Assembly (NCBI GenBank): GCA_012517065.1
Contig: JAAYVR010000068.1
Span: 268-64,267 of the forward strand
Source: Verrucomicrobiota bacterium
Lineage (GTDB): Bacteria > Verrucomicrobiota > Verrucomicrobiia > Limisphaerales > J093
Length of the DNA stretch: 64,000 nt
Direction: 5' to 3'
Position numbers and translations under genes: made by a program. Under the pieces are notes generated by a model that saw only the letters and a program-made list of their open reading frames with translations, did no database searches and was not told the DNA's origin. Numbering within the stretch: the first letter of the stretch is position 1; each line of letters starts with the position of its first letter. Shown piece after piece: positions 9,264 to 18,991 of this stretch.

Positions 9264-10055
9264 ATGGCCGGATCGGAACACCACACGCCGGGTGCGACAG
9301 TGCGCCTTCAGAAGTATCTGGCGCAATGTGGTGTGATGTCGCGGCGCGCGGGTGAACAGGCGATTCTTGACGGCCGGGTCGAGGTGAATGGCGAGGTTGT
9401 CCGGCGCCTTGGGACCTGCGTTGATCCTGTCCACGACATTGTTTGTTTGGACGGGCGGATGGTGCGTCCGCGTTCCAAGCTCTACGTAGCGCTGAATAAG
9501 CCACGTGGATTTGTGTGTTCAAGGCGCAAACAGGGTCGGCACCTATTGGTGAGCGAGCTGGTACCTCCTGAGTGGAACGGATTGCAGACCGTCGGCCGAC
9601 TGGACCGCGACACTGAAGGCTTATTGTTTCTGACCAACGACGGTGATTTTGCCCTGCGGCTGACGCACCCGCGTTATGCTGTGCCGAAAACGTACGTGGC
9701 CACCGTGAACGGGCGGGTTGAATCAGAAACCTTGAACAGGCTCATCCGCGGCGTTTGGGACAAGGGAGAACGGCTTAAGGCGGCGAGCGTACGACTCTTG
9801 TCGGCGAGCAACAAGCGGAGCGTGGTGGAACTGACCCTTGTTGAGGGCAAAAACCGGGAGGTGCGGCGACTTTTTGCGGCGCAAGGCTTGACTGTTTCAA
9901 GGCTGGTGCGAACGCGGATCGGTTCAATTCGTCTTGGCGAACTCAAACCTGGCAGATGGCGTGCATTGACGCCGCCGGAGTTGAAATCGCTGTTGCAGGG
10001 CAAATCGACAGCGCAACAAGCGAACTCTGGCAAGGACGGGGCAGAGGTTGATTGA
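9264..10055 (+). CDS. Pseudouridine synthase, RsuA/RluB family, with N-terminal S4 domain
   Basis: S4 motif is RLQKYLAQCGVMSRRAGEQAILDGRVEVNG. Catalytic motif is GRLDRDTEGLLFLTNDG. Confidence 0.9.
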   Translation: MAGSEHHTPGATVRLQKYLAQCGVMSRRAGEQAILDGRVEVNGEVVRRLGTCVDPVHDIVCLDGRMVRPRSKLYVALNKPRGFVCSRRKQGRHLLVSELVPPEWNGLQTVGRLDRDTEGLLFLTNDGDFALRLTHPRYAVPKTYVATVNGRVESETLNRLIRGVWDKGERLKAASVRLLSASNKRSVVELTLVEGKNREVRRLFAAQGLTVSRLVRTRIGSIRLGELKPGRWRALTPPELKSLLQGKSTAQQANSGKDGAEVD

Positions 10056-10091
10056 CACCTGCTCTTGTTGGTTTTCTACTTGGGGCGAGCT

Positions 10092-11222
10092 ATGAGCCGA
10101 CACACGACACGCTCTTTTGTCTTGCTTCTTGCGGGGGCGTGCGCCGCGTTGTCTGCAGAAGCACAAATCAAGGCCCGCATCAACACCGACCGTGTGAGTG
10201 CGCGGGCAAAAGCGTCGATTTTCAGCGAGGTCGTGGCACAACTTCGGCAGGGTGACGAAGTCACTGTGCTGGAAGTGATCAAGCACCAGAACCCACGACA
10301 GGGCGAGCCGGCCGAGTGGGTGAAGATCAAGATGCCCGCGGACGCGCTCTTGTGGGTTAATGCCTCGCATGTTGATTCTGGGAAAAAGACTGTCAGTGCG
10401 ACGCGGCTTAATGTGCGGGCTGGTCCGGGTTTGAACTTCAGCATTGTTGGTTCATTGAATCAGGGAGATGTCATTCGGCCAGTCCGTGTGCTGGATGAAT
10501 GGGTTGAAATCGAAGCTCCCTCGAACAGTTGGGCTTATGTTAACAGCCTGTATCTCACTTGGGGAAAACCCCGACAGGTCCGGGAATCGAGCGGGTCAAA
10601 CGGGTTGAGTGGGTCAAACGGGATGTCCGGGGCGCCGGTTTCAAAGACAGCCGAGACTCAATTACCGGCATCTCGACAGACCCCATCGGCTCAAAACGCG
10701 TCTGGTCCCGCAGTAACGGCGGTGCGCCTTCCTCCGAGCAGCTCGGCAAGCAGCGGTGCGGTTCAGGCTTTGCCCACTGAGATTTCTTCTGCAAATGTGA
10801 AATCGGCGCTTGCAGATGGAGGGGAGCAGTCGACTGCGCCGAAATTGTCACAGAAGGGGACAATTTCTTCCTTGGGGGGTGCCGGAGCTGGAAGCGGAGC
10901 AGGAAGGACTGGAGAGGCTCGCAAGGCCGAGCTGGCGGCGGGCCAAACGGTCCAGAGAGTTGAGGCCGGTCTTGGCAAACGGCCGGTGAGACGCGAAGGG
11001 GTGCTGACGCGGAGCATGATGTCGCGGATGCCGTCGCCTTACCGACTTAAGAGCATTGATACGGGGCGTGTGATTGGCATTGTGCGTTTTGGGAATGAGA
11101 TTGGCGAAATCGGCCGGTTTGTTGGGCGACGGGTCGTAATCGAGGGAATCGAATCGTCAAACAAGGCTTCGCCGGAGATTCCAGTGATAGATGCCGAGGA
11201 AATAGCGTTGGTTGAACAATGA
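10092..11222 (+). CDS. Secreted protein with two bacterial SH3 (SH3b) domains and a low-complexity linker
   Basis: ATG at 10092 gives the signal peptide MSRHTTRSFVLLLAGACAALSAEA. The SH3b-like segments are VSARAKASIFSEVVAQLRQGDEVTVLE and LNVRAGPGLNFSIVGSLNQGDVIRPV..DEWVEI. Confidence 0.75.
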   Translation: MSRHTTRSFVLLLAGACAALSAEAQIKARINTDRVSARAKASIFSEVVAQLRQGDEVTVLEVIKHQNPRQGEPAEWVKIKMPADALLWVNASHVDSGKKTVSATRLNVRAGPGLNFSIVGSLNQGDVIRPVRVLDEWVEIEAPSNSWAYVNSLYLTWGKPRQVRESSGSNGLSGSNGMSGAPVSKTAETQLPASRQTPSAQNASGPAVTAVRLPPSSSASSGAVQALPTEISSANVKSALADGGEQSTAPKLSQKGTISSLGGAGAGSGAGRTGEARKAELAAGQTVQRVEAGLGKRPVRREGVLTRSMMSRMPSPYRLKSIDTGRVIGIVRFGNEIGEIGRFVGRRVVIEGIESSNKASPEIPVIDAEEIALVEQ

Positions 11223-12130
11223 GTACGACGGGGAACTTGATAGACGGGCGGGCAATCGCGGACGCGATTCATCTTCAGACCTCGCAGCGGATACAGGCTC
11301 TGAAGGCACGGGGCATTCAACCTGGGCTTGTATTTGTGCGGGTTGGGGAGGACCCGGCTTCACAGGTGTATGTGGGGATGAAAGAGCGGTGCAGCGTGCG
11401 GCTGGGCATTGCATCCGAAACACGCGTGTTGCCTGAAAAGACGAGCGAAGACGAACTGCTGGCGTTGATCGACGCTCTGAACCGTGACCCGAAGGTGCAC
11501 GGCATTCTTGTGCAAGCACCACTGCCAAGGCACATCAGCGCTGCTCGTGTTTATGCCGCGGTTGATCCGCACAAGGACGTGGACGGTTTTCATCCTGCGA
11601 ACATGGGGCGGTTGCTGTTGGGAGATGGGAGCGGGTTTGTGCCATGCACTCCGGCCGGCGTGCATGAATTGCTCTTGCGTTCAAACGTCAAGGTTGAAGG
11701 CTCAGAAGTTGTGATTTTGGGGCGGGGCAACATCGTTGGGAAGCCGTTGGCCGCCCTACTGATGCAGAAGGCGTCCGGCGCAAATGCGACGGTGACAGTT
11801 TGCCATTCGGCGACTCGGGACATAGCGGCTCATTGCAAGAGAGCGGACATTTTGGTGGCAGCGATGGGCGTGGCACGGTTTGTCAGAGCCAACATGGTCA
11901 AACCGGGAGCGGTGGTGATCGATGTTGGGGTCAACAGGGTCCCTGACCCTGCTACCAAGAGCGGCTACAGGCTGGTCGGTGACGTAGCTTTCGATGAAGT
12001 CCAACCCGTGGCCGGCTTGATCACACCAAATCCGGGCGGAGTGGGGCCAATGACGATTGCGATGCTCATGCAGAACACGGTTCGCGCGGCCGAAATGCAG
12101 ACCGGCCTGAGCCGTGCGGATGCGAAATGA
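11219..12130 (+). CDS. folD: Bifunctional methylenetetrahydrofolate dehydrogenase/cyclohydrolase
   Basis: 303 aa with LIDGRAIA...PGLVFVRVGEDPASQVYVGMK...GILVQAPLP...VVILGRGNIVGKP...PNPGGVGPMT. Its start forms an ATGA overlap with the upstream stop. Confidence 0.95.
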   Translation: MSTTGNLIDGRAIADAIHLQTSQRIQALKARGIQPGLVFVRVGEDPASQVYVGMKERCSVRLGIASETRVLPEKTSEDELLALIDALNRDPKVHGILVQAPLPRHISAARVYAAVDPHKDVDGFHPANMGRLLLGDGSGFVPCTPAGVHELLLRSNVKVEGSEVVILGRGNIVGKPLAALLMQKASGANATVTVCHSATRDIAAHCKRADILVAAMGVARFVRANMVKPGAVVIDVGVNRVPDPATKSGYRLVGDVAFDEVQPVAGLITPNPGGVGPMTIAMLMQNTVRAAEMQTGLSRADAK

Positions 12131-12181
12131 ATTAGCTGGTTGTTCTTCACTTCAGGAGCAACAATGAGGAATCTTTGATTT

Positions 12182-12628
12182 ATGCAACCACCAACTCGTA
12201 TTTTGCCTGATCTACAAGCTTCCTTGCTTTGCGAGGACGTGCGGCAGGACACATCCGGCAGTTTTATTTTGATAGGGGTGATTGGATTCATCCGCGTGCC
12301 GCAAGTCCCGATCACAGCATGGAAACTCTGTCTGTACAACAGATGGACGGCCGGGATAGGGACTTTTACCCAGGCCGTTCGGCTTGTTGGTCCCGACGGC
12401 GCAACTCCCATTCGCCAGAGCACATGCCGCTTTGGATTGCAGGACGCTACCCATCACGCCATCAACGTCACAGTGTTCACCCAGATCGAGTTTACCACCG
12501 CAGGTGTGTACTACGTGGAAGTCCTCGTCGATGACGTGATGAAACTGCGGTTCCCGGTGCCGGTTATCGTGGTTACACCGCCCAATCAACAGCAGCAACA
12601 ACCGCAGCCGCCGCCCGAAACCAAGTAG
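12182..12628 (+). CDS. Hypothetical protein (beta-rich, Gln/Pro tail)
   Basis: 148-aa ORF with coding-like composition (LLCEDVRQDTSGSFILIGV...). The family is not confidently recognised. Confidence 0.5.
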   Translation: MQPPTRILPDLQASLLCEDVRQDTSGSFILIGVIGFIRVPQVPITAWKLCLYNRWTAGIGTFTQAVRLVGPDGATPIRQSTCRFGLQDATHHAINVTVFTQIEFTTAGVYYVEVLVDDVMKLRFPVPVIVVTPPNQQQQQPQPPPETK

Positions 12629-12729
12629 CGCCGACCGCCTCAAACGCGGCTGGCGGCCAGTCACTCTCAGGCATCAGGGGCGGCAGCAGTTGGTTGCGGC
12701 AAGGGTGTTGAACATCCGCATGGTTTGCA

Positions 12730-13605
12730 ATGACTGCGCAACTCTCTCACGATGACAGTGCTGAGGCGAACGGCTGGCAGCCGGTCACGTTTGGAGGCGC
12801 AGCCGCTCTTGCCAGAACAACAGCAGGCCGCGTGCTCCTCGTGGGCATGGTCATAGCGAGCCTGATGGCCGGCGCGGTCGCGCGCACGTTCCACGTAGCA
12901 TGGATGCCGGTCATTGAGGGCGCGATCAAATCTCTTCCGGCGCGCGCCAGCATCGTCGATGGCCGACTCCAGTGGTCAACGAACGCCCCTATGCGGCTGG
13001 CCGACAATTCGTTTCTCGCGCTTGCAGTTGCCGATGAAGGGTCTTCGGGGCTGACCGAGGCCGACCTTGCCATCGAATTTATGGAGAACGGTTGGCGTGC
13101 GACCTCGTTGCTTGGTTCGCTTTTCATCCCTTACCCGCCGGGGCTGACGATTTCACTGGACCCGGTGAGTCTGCTGGCAGGCTGGCTGGCGTGGAAACCG
13201 CATATCGTGGCGGGAGCGTTCATTGTTACGATTGTGTTTGTGTGGCTGATTTGGTTGATGGTTGGCCTTGTTGTGACACCTTTTTTGAGGGTTTACACCG
13301 CAGTATTGCAGCGCGCAGCGACTGCGGGTGACTGTTTGCGTCTTGGGATTGCCTGTTGCATGCCGGGGGAAATTGTCATGGCTGTCGGCGTTCTCGTTTA
13401 TGGCTTGCGCAGGATCAACCTTCCTGAACTGATCGCAGTTGCAGCATTGCACGTCATTGTTGTCGCCTCGTACATGCTTATCACGCCGCTCTGGTTACCA
13501 AGGAGGGAATCGCCTGAAGAGACGACCGAGTTCAAAGGCACCGCTTCCGCCAAAAAGAACCCGTTCGCTGCGCCGCCAACAAACGACAGCGAGGAACGCC
13601 CTTAG
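12730..13605 (+). CDS. Hypothetical integral membrane protein
   Basis: 291 aa with about 5 hydrophobic TM-like segments and no recognised motifs. Confidence 0.55.
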   Translation: MTAQLSHDDSAEANGWQPVTFGGAAALARTTAGRVLLVGMVIASLMAGAVARTFHVAWMPVIEGAIKSLPARASIVDGRLQWSTNAPMRLADNSFLALAVADEGSSGLTEADLAIEFMENGWRATSLLGSLFIPYPPGLTISLDPVSLLAGWLAWKPHIVAGAFIVTIVFVWLIWLMVGLVVTPFLRVYTAVLQRAATAGDCLRLGIACCMPGEIVMAVGVLVYGLRRINLPELIAVAALHVIVVASYMLITPLWLPRRESPEETTEFKGTASAKKNPFAAPPTNDSEERP

Positions 13606-13910
13606 CCCGCATATTCCCCAGCCTGGCGTCGCCGGAACCAAAGTCGCCTGACGGGCAGGCCCCCACCGGCTCTTGCACCACCCGGACCTTCAGTCACGCC
13701 GGGCTGGGAAATATGCCCTGCGACTCCGTCGCAAGGAAGAGCGCGCTGATTCCGAGGTCTCTCACCCGCTGCTGCGGATGCAGTGGGCGTTGGTAGCCGC
13801 GAAGCGCTTGGAGTGCGGCAGCTAGCTGCCGCTTTGTTTCTATGCGCAAACATCGTGCCTGGAACCATATCGGCATGGCGTACAAGACAACGTGTCTGTC
13901 CCCATATCTG
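13606..13910 (+). repeat. R1 dispersed intergenic repeat, short copy (modules i, ii, T)
   Basis: It begins at the nucleotide after the stop codon of 12730-13605 (cccgcatattcccc) and ends at gtctgtccccatatctg. It is collinear with 4179-4510. Confidence 0.85.
13815..13841 (+). terminator. Intrinsic-terminator-like hairpin inside R1 core
   Basis: gcggcag-ctag-ctgccgc followed by tttgtttct. It lies 210 nt downstream of the 12730-13605 stop on the same strand. Confidence 0.5.
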
Positions 13911-14040
13911 CACCGGTGAGATTCTCGAGCCGAGCCATTCAACGCCAAACAACCCGCTTGCGCTCCTCTCAAGAAACGTGAATCATTACGTCCGACCCGC
14001 AGCCGTGCACAGAATGCTGGCGCGGGAAGATTGATAGATT

Positions 14041-15390
14041 ATGAGTTCATCCCGCAACGAGTCCGATTCGGTTACCTCCCGCCGACAGTTTCTCAAACAA
14101 TCATCCCATGCCATCGCAGGCGCGGCGCTTGCAGGGGCGTTCGCCCGGCCCGGGTATGTGGCAGAAAACAACACGATAAAGATCGCGTTGATTGGCTGTG
14201 GCGGCCGTGGCACGGGCGCTGCAGCACAGGCTCTTTCGACCAAAGGCCCGACAACGCTCTGGGCCGTGGCCGACTTTTTCCCTGAACGGATGCAGCAGGC
14301 CCTCAACAACCTCAGGGGTAGGTTCGCAAAACAGATGGACGTCCCGCCGGAAAGGCAGTTTGTCGGTTTGGAGGGATTCAAGAAGGCCATGGACAGCCTC
14401 GACAAGGGCAGTGTGGTTCTGCTGGCGACGCCGCCTGCTTTTCGGCCGATCCACGTTGAATACGCCATTGAAAAGGGGCTGCACGTTTTCATGGAGAAAT
14501 CGTTTGCCGTGGATGCACCGGGCATCAGGCGTGTTCTCAAGGCCGGCAAGGAAGCCAGCCGCAAGAACCTCAAGATCGCCGGTGGTTTGATGAGCCGGCA
14601 TTACAAACCTTTGGAAGAAGCAATCGCACAAATCCACGATGGTGCGATCGGCCAGGTCATAATCGCATGGGCATACCGAATGCACGGACCAGTCGGATTC
14701 AATCCGCGACCGCCGGGCAGAAGTGAGCTTGCACACCAGATTGCCAACTACAGTTGTTACACGTGGTTGAATGGGAGCTTTATTGTGGACTGGCTGATTC
14801 ACAACATTGATGTCTGTTGCTGGGTCAAGAACGACTGGCCGGTGTCAGTCCAGGGCCAGGGCGGCCGCCAAGTGCGGACTGATCCGGATCAGCTCTACGA
14901 CCATTACGCCGCTGAATACACGTTTGCGGACGGCACGCGCATGTTCGCACAGGGCAGGCATATCTCGAAATGCTTCGATTTCTTCGGCGACATAATCCAC
15001 GGCGCAACCGGGTCGGCCATTTTGGGCGAGGGCCAGCCCGACCCGCGTATCTACAAAGGCCACAAACAAACAGCAGAAAACCTGGTCTGGCGCTACAAAG
15101 GCCAGCCGTGCGATCAGTATCAGGTCGAACATGATCTGTTGTTTGACGCGATTCGGAACGACAAGCCCTACAACGAAACTGAGCGTTGCTGCAAATCCAA
15201 CCTGACGGCCATCATGGGCCGAATGGCGTGCGAATCGGGGAAACTCATTACTTGGGACGAAGCGTTCAATTCGAATCTGGAACTTGCGCCCGGCTTGGAC
15301 AAACTGACTGACACATCAAATCCGCCCGTTATGCCCGACGCCAGCGGCAATTATCCGGTTGCCATGCCGGGGCGCACCGAGGCGCTGTAG
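14041..15390 (+). CDS. Gfo/Idh/MocA family oxidoreductase with twin-arginine (TAT) signal
   Basis: TAT motif SRRQFLKQSSHAIAGAALAGA, then the Rossmann motif IKIALIGCGGRGTGAA. 449 aa. Confidence 0.9.
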   Translation: MSSSRNESDSVTSRRQFLKQSSHAIAGAALAGAFARPGYVAENNTIKIALIGCGGRGTGAAAQALSTKGPTTLWAVADFFPERMQQALNNLRGRFAKQMDVPPERQFVGLEGFKKAMDSLDKGSVVLLATPPAFRPIHVEYAIEKGLHVFMEKSFAVDAPGIRRVLKAGKEASRKNLKIAGGLMSRHYKPLEEAIAQIHDGAIGQVIIAWAYRMHGPVGFNPRPPGRSELAHQIANYSCYTWLNGSFIVDWLIHNIDVCCWVKNDWPVSVQGQGGRQVRTDPDQLYDHYAAEYTFADGTRMFAQGRHISKCFDFFGDIIHGATGSAILGEGQPDPRIYKGHKQTAENLVWRYKGQPCDQYQVEHDLLFDAIRNDKPYNETERCCKSNLTAIMGRMACESGKLITWDEAFNSNLELAPGLDKLTDTSNPPVMPDASGNYPVAMPGRTEAL

Positions 15391-15486
15391 CAAGCAGCTG
15401 GTAATTCCAGACTGCCTTCTTCATCCGGGGACCTGATGGTGAAAGGCTGGTCTGAGCTTTTGGGGCATTGGCAAGAGAATCCTTTG

Positions 15487-15780
15487 TCACGCCGCCCCGT
15501 GAGCCGAGTCTCTTCTTTGATTCATTTGCCAACGCCCCTCTGCGTTTGATTTCAGATGTTTGTTGTTGCTCATGCACATTATGCCCTGGGCTTTGGTCTT
15601 GGCTTTGCCAAGTGCGGGAAGGAGCATGCCCGCGCGAATCACGATGATGGCTATTACCACCAGCAACTCGATCAACGTGAAAGCTCCGTCAGATGTTCGT
15701 CGCTCTTCGATCGTTTTGTTTTCAGGTCGGATGTTCAAACATGGGTTGGCACTCAGCAGCTCTCGACCTTGGCCAAGCAC
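15487..15780 (-). pseudogene. Remnant of a prepilin-type N-terminal cleavage/methylation-domain (DUF1559-like) gene
   Basis: [45 protein letters not shown] is the conserved N-terminal ~45 aa only. The ORF then runs into non-homologous sequence and stops after ~25 more codons. No normal Met lies just upstream of the motif. Confidence 0.6.
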
Positions 15781-15922
15781 CCGGCCACCGAGTCAAGATC
15801 GTGTTCTGAAGTTCCGATTGACATTGGGACTGTAGTGCAGGATTGTGGGTTCATCAAGCGGGAACGGTGGACGGTTTGGCGTGACGATGCAACGAACATC
15901 AGTTGCTGGTGTTAGACATGGT

Positions 15923-16936
15923 ATGAAATTGCGCGATGTGACGGCAGTTTATGCTGCGGCATTGTTGGCGGCGCTGGTTGGGCTTGATTTGACCGTTCGG
16001 TGCGCCACCAGTGGCCCGGCAGCCTCCACGAACGCACCGCCCGCTCCAGCAATGGACGGGGAACAACAGGGCGACGTCGATTCAACCGAACCCGCCCAGG
16101 AACAATCGGATGCCGAGCAGGGCACAGACGCCAACACTGCAAAACCTGCCGAATCGCCTTATCAATCGATCATAACGCGAAATGCGTTTGGCCTTCGGCC
16201 ACCGCCACCGCCTACGCCTCCGCCTGACCCCACGCCGCAGGTAACGCCTTCAGCTCTGAAGCTGACGGGCATTACGACACTTTACGGCGGCAAACGTGCT
16301 ATGTTTGTCCTTCAAGAGCCAAACAAACCACAGCTCATTTCTGATCTGGTCCGCGAAGGAGAGAAGGACACTGTGATAACAAACCTCGAGGTGCTTTCGA
16401 TCGATGAGCGGGCAGGTGTGGTGCGCGTTGTGTATGGCGGGAAGGAGCTGAGCCTGAACTTCCAAGACAACGGTCTGAAAGCGCCAGTAGCACCCGCGCA
16501 AGGCAAACCCGGCGTACCACAACCGGGCGTGGCTGTGGCTGGCGTTCAGCCCGGGGCGCCTGGCGGCGCGGTGACATCGGGCGCGCGACCAGGAATGCAG
16601 CCGACGGTGCAGCCGGCGGCCGGCGCGTTCCCACCCACAGCCTCGCAAAACCCGAGCGGGATGAGATCGATCCCGACACGGCCAACTCGATTGCCAGCGA
16701 GCGGGGGCGCGTTTGTCACACCAAATCTGGCTGGCGCACAGGATGCCCAGGCAACTCAGCCGAATATTTCGCCGGAACAACAGATACAGAACATGCGGGC
16801 GCAGCAGGAGCTGTTGCGGAGGTACGGAATTCCGGCTCCGCCGCTCCCGCCTGTGCCAGGGGAACCGACCGCCTCCCAACCTGGCGACGTGATGATCCAG
16901 CAACCAGTGCCAGTGCCGCCAGCTCCGGGCATGTAG
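15923..16936 (+). CDS. Proline-rich membrane-anchored/secreted hypothetical protein
   Basis: ATG at 15923 gives MKLRDVTAVYAAALLAALVGLDL (an anchor or signal), then Pro/Gln/Ala-rich regions around a small beta-rich core (LKLTGITTLYGGKRAMFVLQE...). Confidence 0.6.
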   Translation: MKLRDVTAVYAAALLAALVGLDLTVRCATSGPAASTNAPPAPAMDGEQQGDVDSTEPAQEQSDAEQGTDANTAKPAESPYQSIITRNAFGLRPPPPPTPPPDPTPQVTPSALKLTGITTLYGGKRAMFVLQEPNKPQLISDLVREGEKDTVITNLEVLSIDERAGVVRVVYGGKELSLNFQDNGLKAPVAPAQGKPGVPQPGVAVAGVQPGAPGGAVTSGARPGMQPTVQPAAGAFPPTASQNPSGMRSIPTRPTRLPASGGAFVTPNLAGAQDAQATQPNISPEQQIQNMRAQQELLRRYGIPAPPLPPVPGEPTASQPGDVMIQQPVPVPPAPGM

Positions 16937-17161
16937 TGAAACACACGCGCGAGTTTGGGGAACGAGCGAAGCACAAAATGCGACGGGACTTTGAGCGGGG
17001 CTGAGCATGGGGTGGTTTCGCGAGCTACAACATCCAACGCTCAACGTGTAACAACCAGCGGTAGAGGATCAACGCGGAACACTCAACTTGGCGAAGGCGT
17101 GGCTGTACGGCGCAGACTGCTCAGGGTATGAAATATGCGGCCTATGGTCTGTTGTCCGCGG

Positions 17162-18139
17162 TCAGGAGCCTGGCAGACGTTGAACGCGCCAAATGGCCGG
17201 CTTGACGTCGGCGGGATCAATCTCGAGCACGCCAAATCCGCCATCTTTGAGCAACTGTGACCCTGACAGCGACGGGCAGAGTCGAACGTTGAAAGGTCGC
17301 CATTTGCGGGCCATGCGGAGGGCTTCGGTCATGCGGCGGACGGTGTTACCGGCGAACCTCACGGGCGGGATGCCGGACAAGACGCGGCTGGCGCGCAATA
17401 TGAACTGCGTGTGCAAATGACCAATCACCGTGAGTTCGATTTGGGTGATCTTGTCTCGGATTTGTTCATCTGCCGCGAGGAACGGGAGAGCCGTTGGATC
17501 GTGGCAGAACAGGATGATTCGTTGGTCGGCGCGCAACGCAGCGAACGCAGAACGGATGCTGTTCATGTGAATTTCACGGAGGCGCTGCCACGCGGGTCGT
17601 TCTTCAAGCAACGTCTCGGGTTCAAATACAGGGAAAGCAATCAATGACGACACGACGCCGATGAAAACATAACGGCCGACGGTGCTCTGCCAAAACGGTT
17701 CCAGCCCAAGTTCATTGACTGCGCGTTCCCAGCTCGCCAGACGCAGGCCACCGACGCCGCCAAAAAGGCTGACCTTGCCAAGTTCATGGTCGCCAAAAAC
17801 GGGCCTGAACCGCTGGCCAAACCGCGCGCGAATGGCTTCGAGGCAGGCGGCAGCACTTTGAAATGCAGCATGATCGGACAACCCGACAAATGCTGTGTCG
17901 CATGAATAGTCGCCGTTGGCGACGACAAGGTCCGGTTCGCCTGCAGCTTCGATGAAATAACCCAACAGATGGTTATGCGAGAATGGGTCGCCGACCCAGA
18001 TATGGCGTCGATACGCTTTGACAAAAAGACGAAGCAGCGGATTGCCTATCACGCGGGTTTCAAATCCGCCTCGTTCCTGCTCTGCAGGGCACGCGTAATG
18101 AATGTCACTGACAACAACGATTTTGAAACTTGCCTGCAT
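17162..18139 (-). CDS. Metallophosphoesterase (calcineurin-like) family protein
   Basis: Motifs VVVSDIHY, ANGDYSCD, FGDHELG and a later GHLH. 325 aa. Confidence 0.85.
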   Translation of the reverse strand: MQASFKIVVVSDIHYACPAEQERGGFETRVIGNPLLRLFVKAYRRHIWVGDPFSHNHLLGYFIEAAGEPDLVVANGDYSCDTAFVGLSDHAAFQSAAACLEAIRARFGQRFRPVFGDHELGKVSLFGGVGGLRLASWERAVNELGLEPFWQSTVGRYVFIGVVSSLIAFPVFEPETLLEERPAWQRLREIHMNSIRSAFAALRADQRIILFCHDPTALPFLAADEQIRDKITQIELTVIGHLHTQFILRASRVLSGIPPVRFAGNTVRRMTEALRMARKWRPFNVRLCPSLSGSQLLKDGGFGVLEIDPADVKPAIWRVQRLPGS

Positions 18140-18190
18140 TCTTGCAGCCGCGAATTTAGCCTGCTGATTGTGATCAAATCAAACGGCTAA

Positions 18191-18253
18191 ACCGGAAATC
18201 TCACCGCCCCCCGACATTTACCCATGCCTTCATTCCAGTGAGCTTTCCGGGCT
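18191..18253. repeat. Hairpin repeat H (imperfect copy)
   Basis: accggaaatctcaccg ... ccagtgagctttccgggct. The loop ends in cttcattc, as in the 26758-26824 copy. Confidence 0.7.
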
Positions 18254-18289
18254 GGGCAACCTTGGTTCCGGCTACGCCGAGCTGGATTG

Positions 18290-18901
18290 CTATATTGAGA
18301 AGTCATTCATATTCGCGAAGATTTTCACGCTACCACATTGGTCAGTATCTCCGTATCTGCTTCTCTGATCGCCAGTAAGAGGGTCAAAACAGCACGGCCT
18401 TTGGGGTGAGTCGAATACAGTGACAGGCTCGGTGCTTGCGTGCGGACCCAAATAGGGTGACAGGCTCGGTGTTTGAGTTCTGACCCCGGATTGCGGCATG
18501 CCCCTCAGATTGTTCCTTGTTCCAAACGGCGGTAGCCGAAGTCTGTGGAGGAACCCCCTTGCGCCGATATGGGGACAGACACGTTGTTTTCTACGCCGTG
18601 CCGATATGGTTCCAGGCACGTTGTTTGGGCATGAAAAGAAAGCGGCAGCAAGCTGCCGCACTCCAAACGCTTCGCGTCCACCAGCGCCCACTGCAACCAA
18701 ACGCTTCGCGCCCACCAACACCCACTGCAACCGCGGCAGCGCGTTAGAAACCATTGGGATCAACGCGCTCTTCCTTGCGACTGAGTCGCAGGGCATATTT
18801 CCCAGCTCGGCGTGAGTGAAGGTCCGGGGGTGCAAGAGCCGGGGGGCGTTGCCAGTCAGGCGATTTTGGTTCTGGCTACGCCGGGCTGCCAAATATGCGG
18901 G
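18290..18901 (-). repeat. R1 dispersed intergenic repeat, full-length copy in reverse orientation (modules i to v)
   Basis: The reverse complement is collinear with 4179-4635 plus 95-190. Module iv is duplicated (18418-18470) and part of the core is duplicated (18660-18732). Confidence 0.85.
18633..18659 (-). terminator. Intrinsic-terminator-like hairpin inside R1 core (minus strand)
   Basis: On the minus strand, gcggcag-cttg-ctgccgc is followed by tttcttttc. Confidence 0.45.
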
Positions 18902-18991
18902 TGTGTCCGGGGTGGCCGGCGGTTCCTTGGAAGGAGTTCGATGATATTTGCTTGCCGGCCCGAGACTCGCTGCGCACTCTTTTGGGCGGGC

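Noticed and set aside
8815-9522. 235-aa minus-strand ORF
   Set aside because: It spans the R2 repeat cluster and is antisense to the small basic protein gene and the start of the pseudouridine synthase. It has no coding features.
14101-17044. Antisense ORFs 14101-14802 (-) and 16250-17044 (-)
   Set aside because: They mirror the TAT oxidoreductase and the proline-rich protein genes. They are Arg/His/Cys-rich with no motifs.
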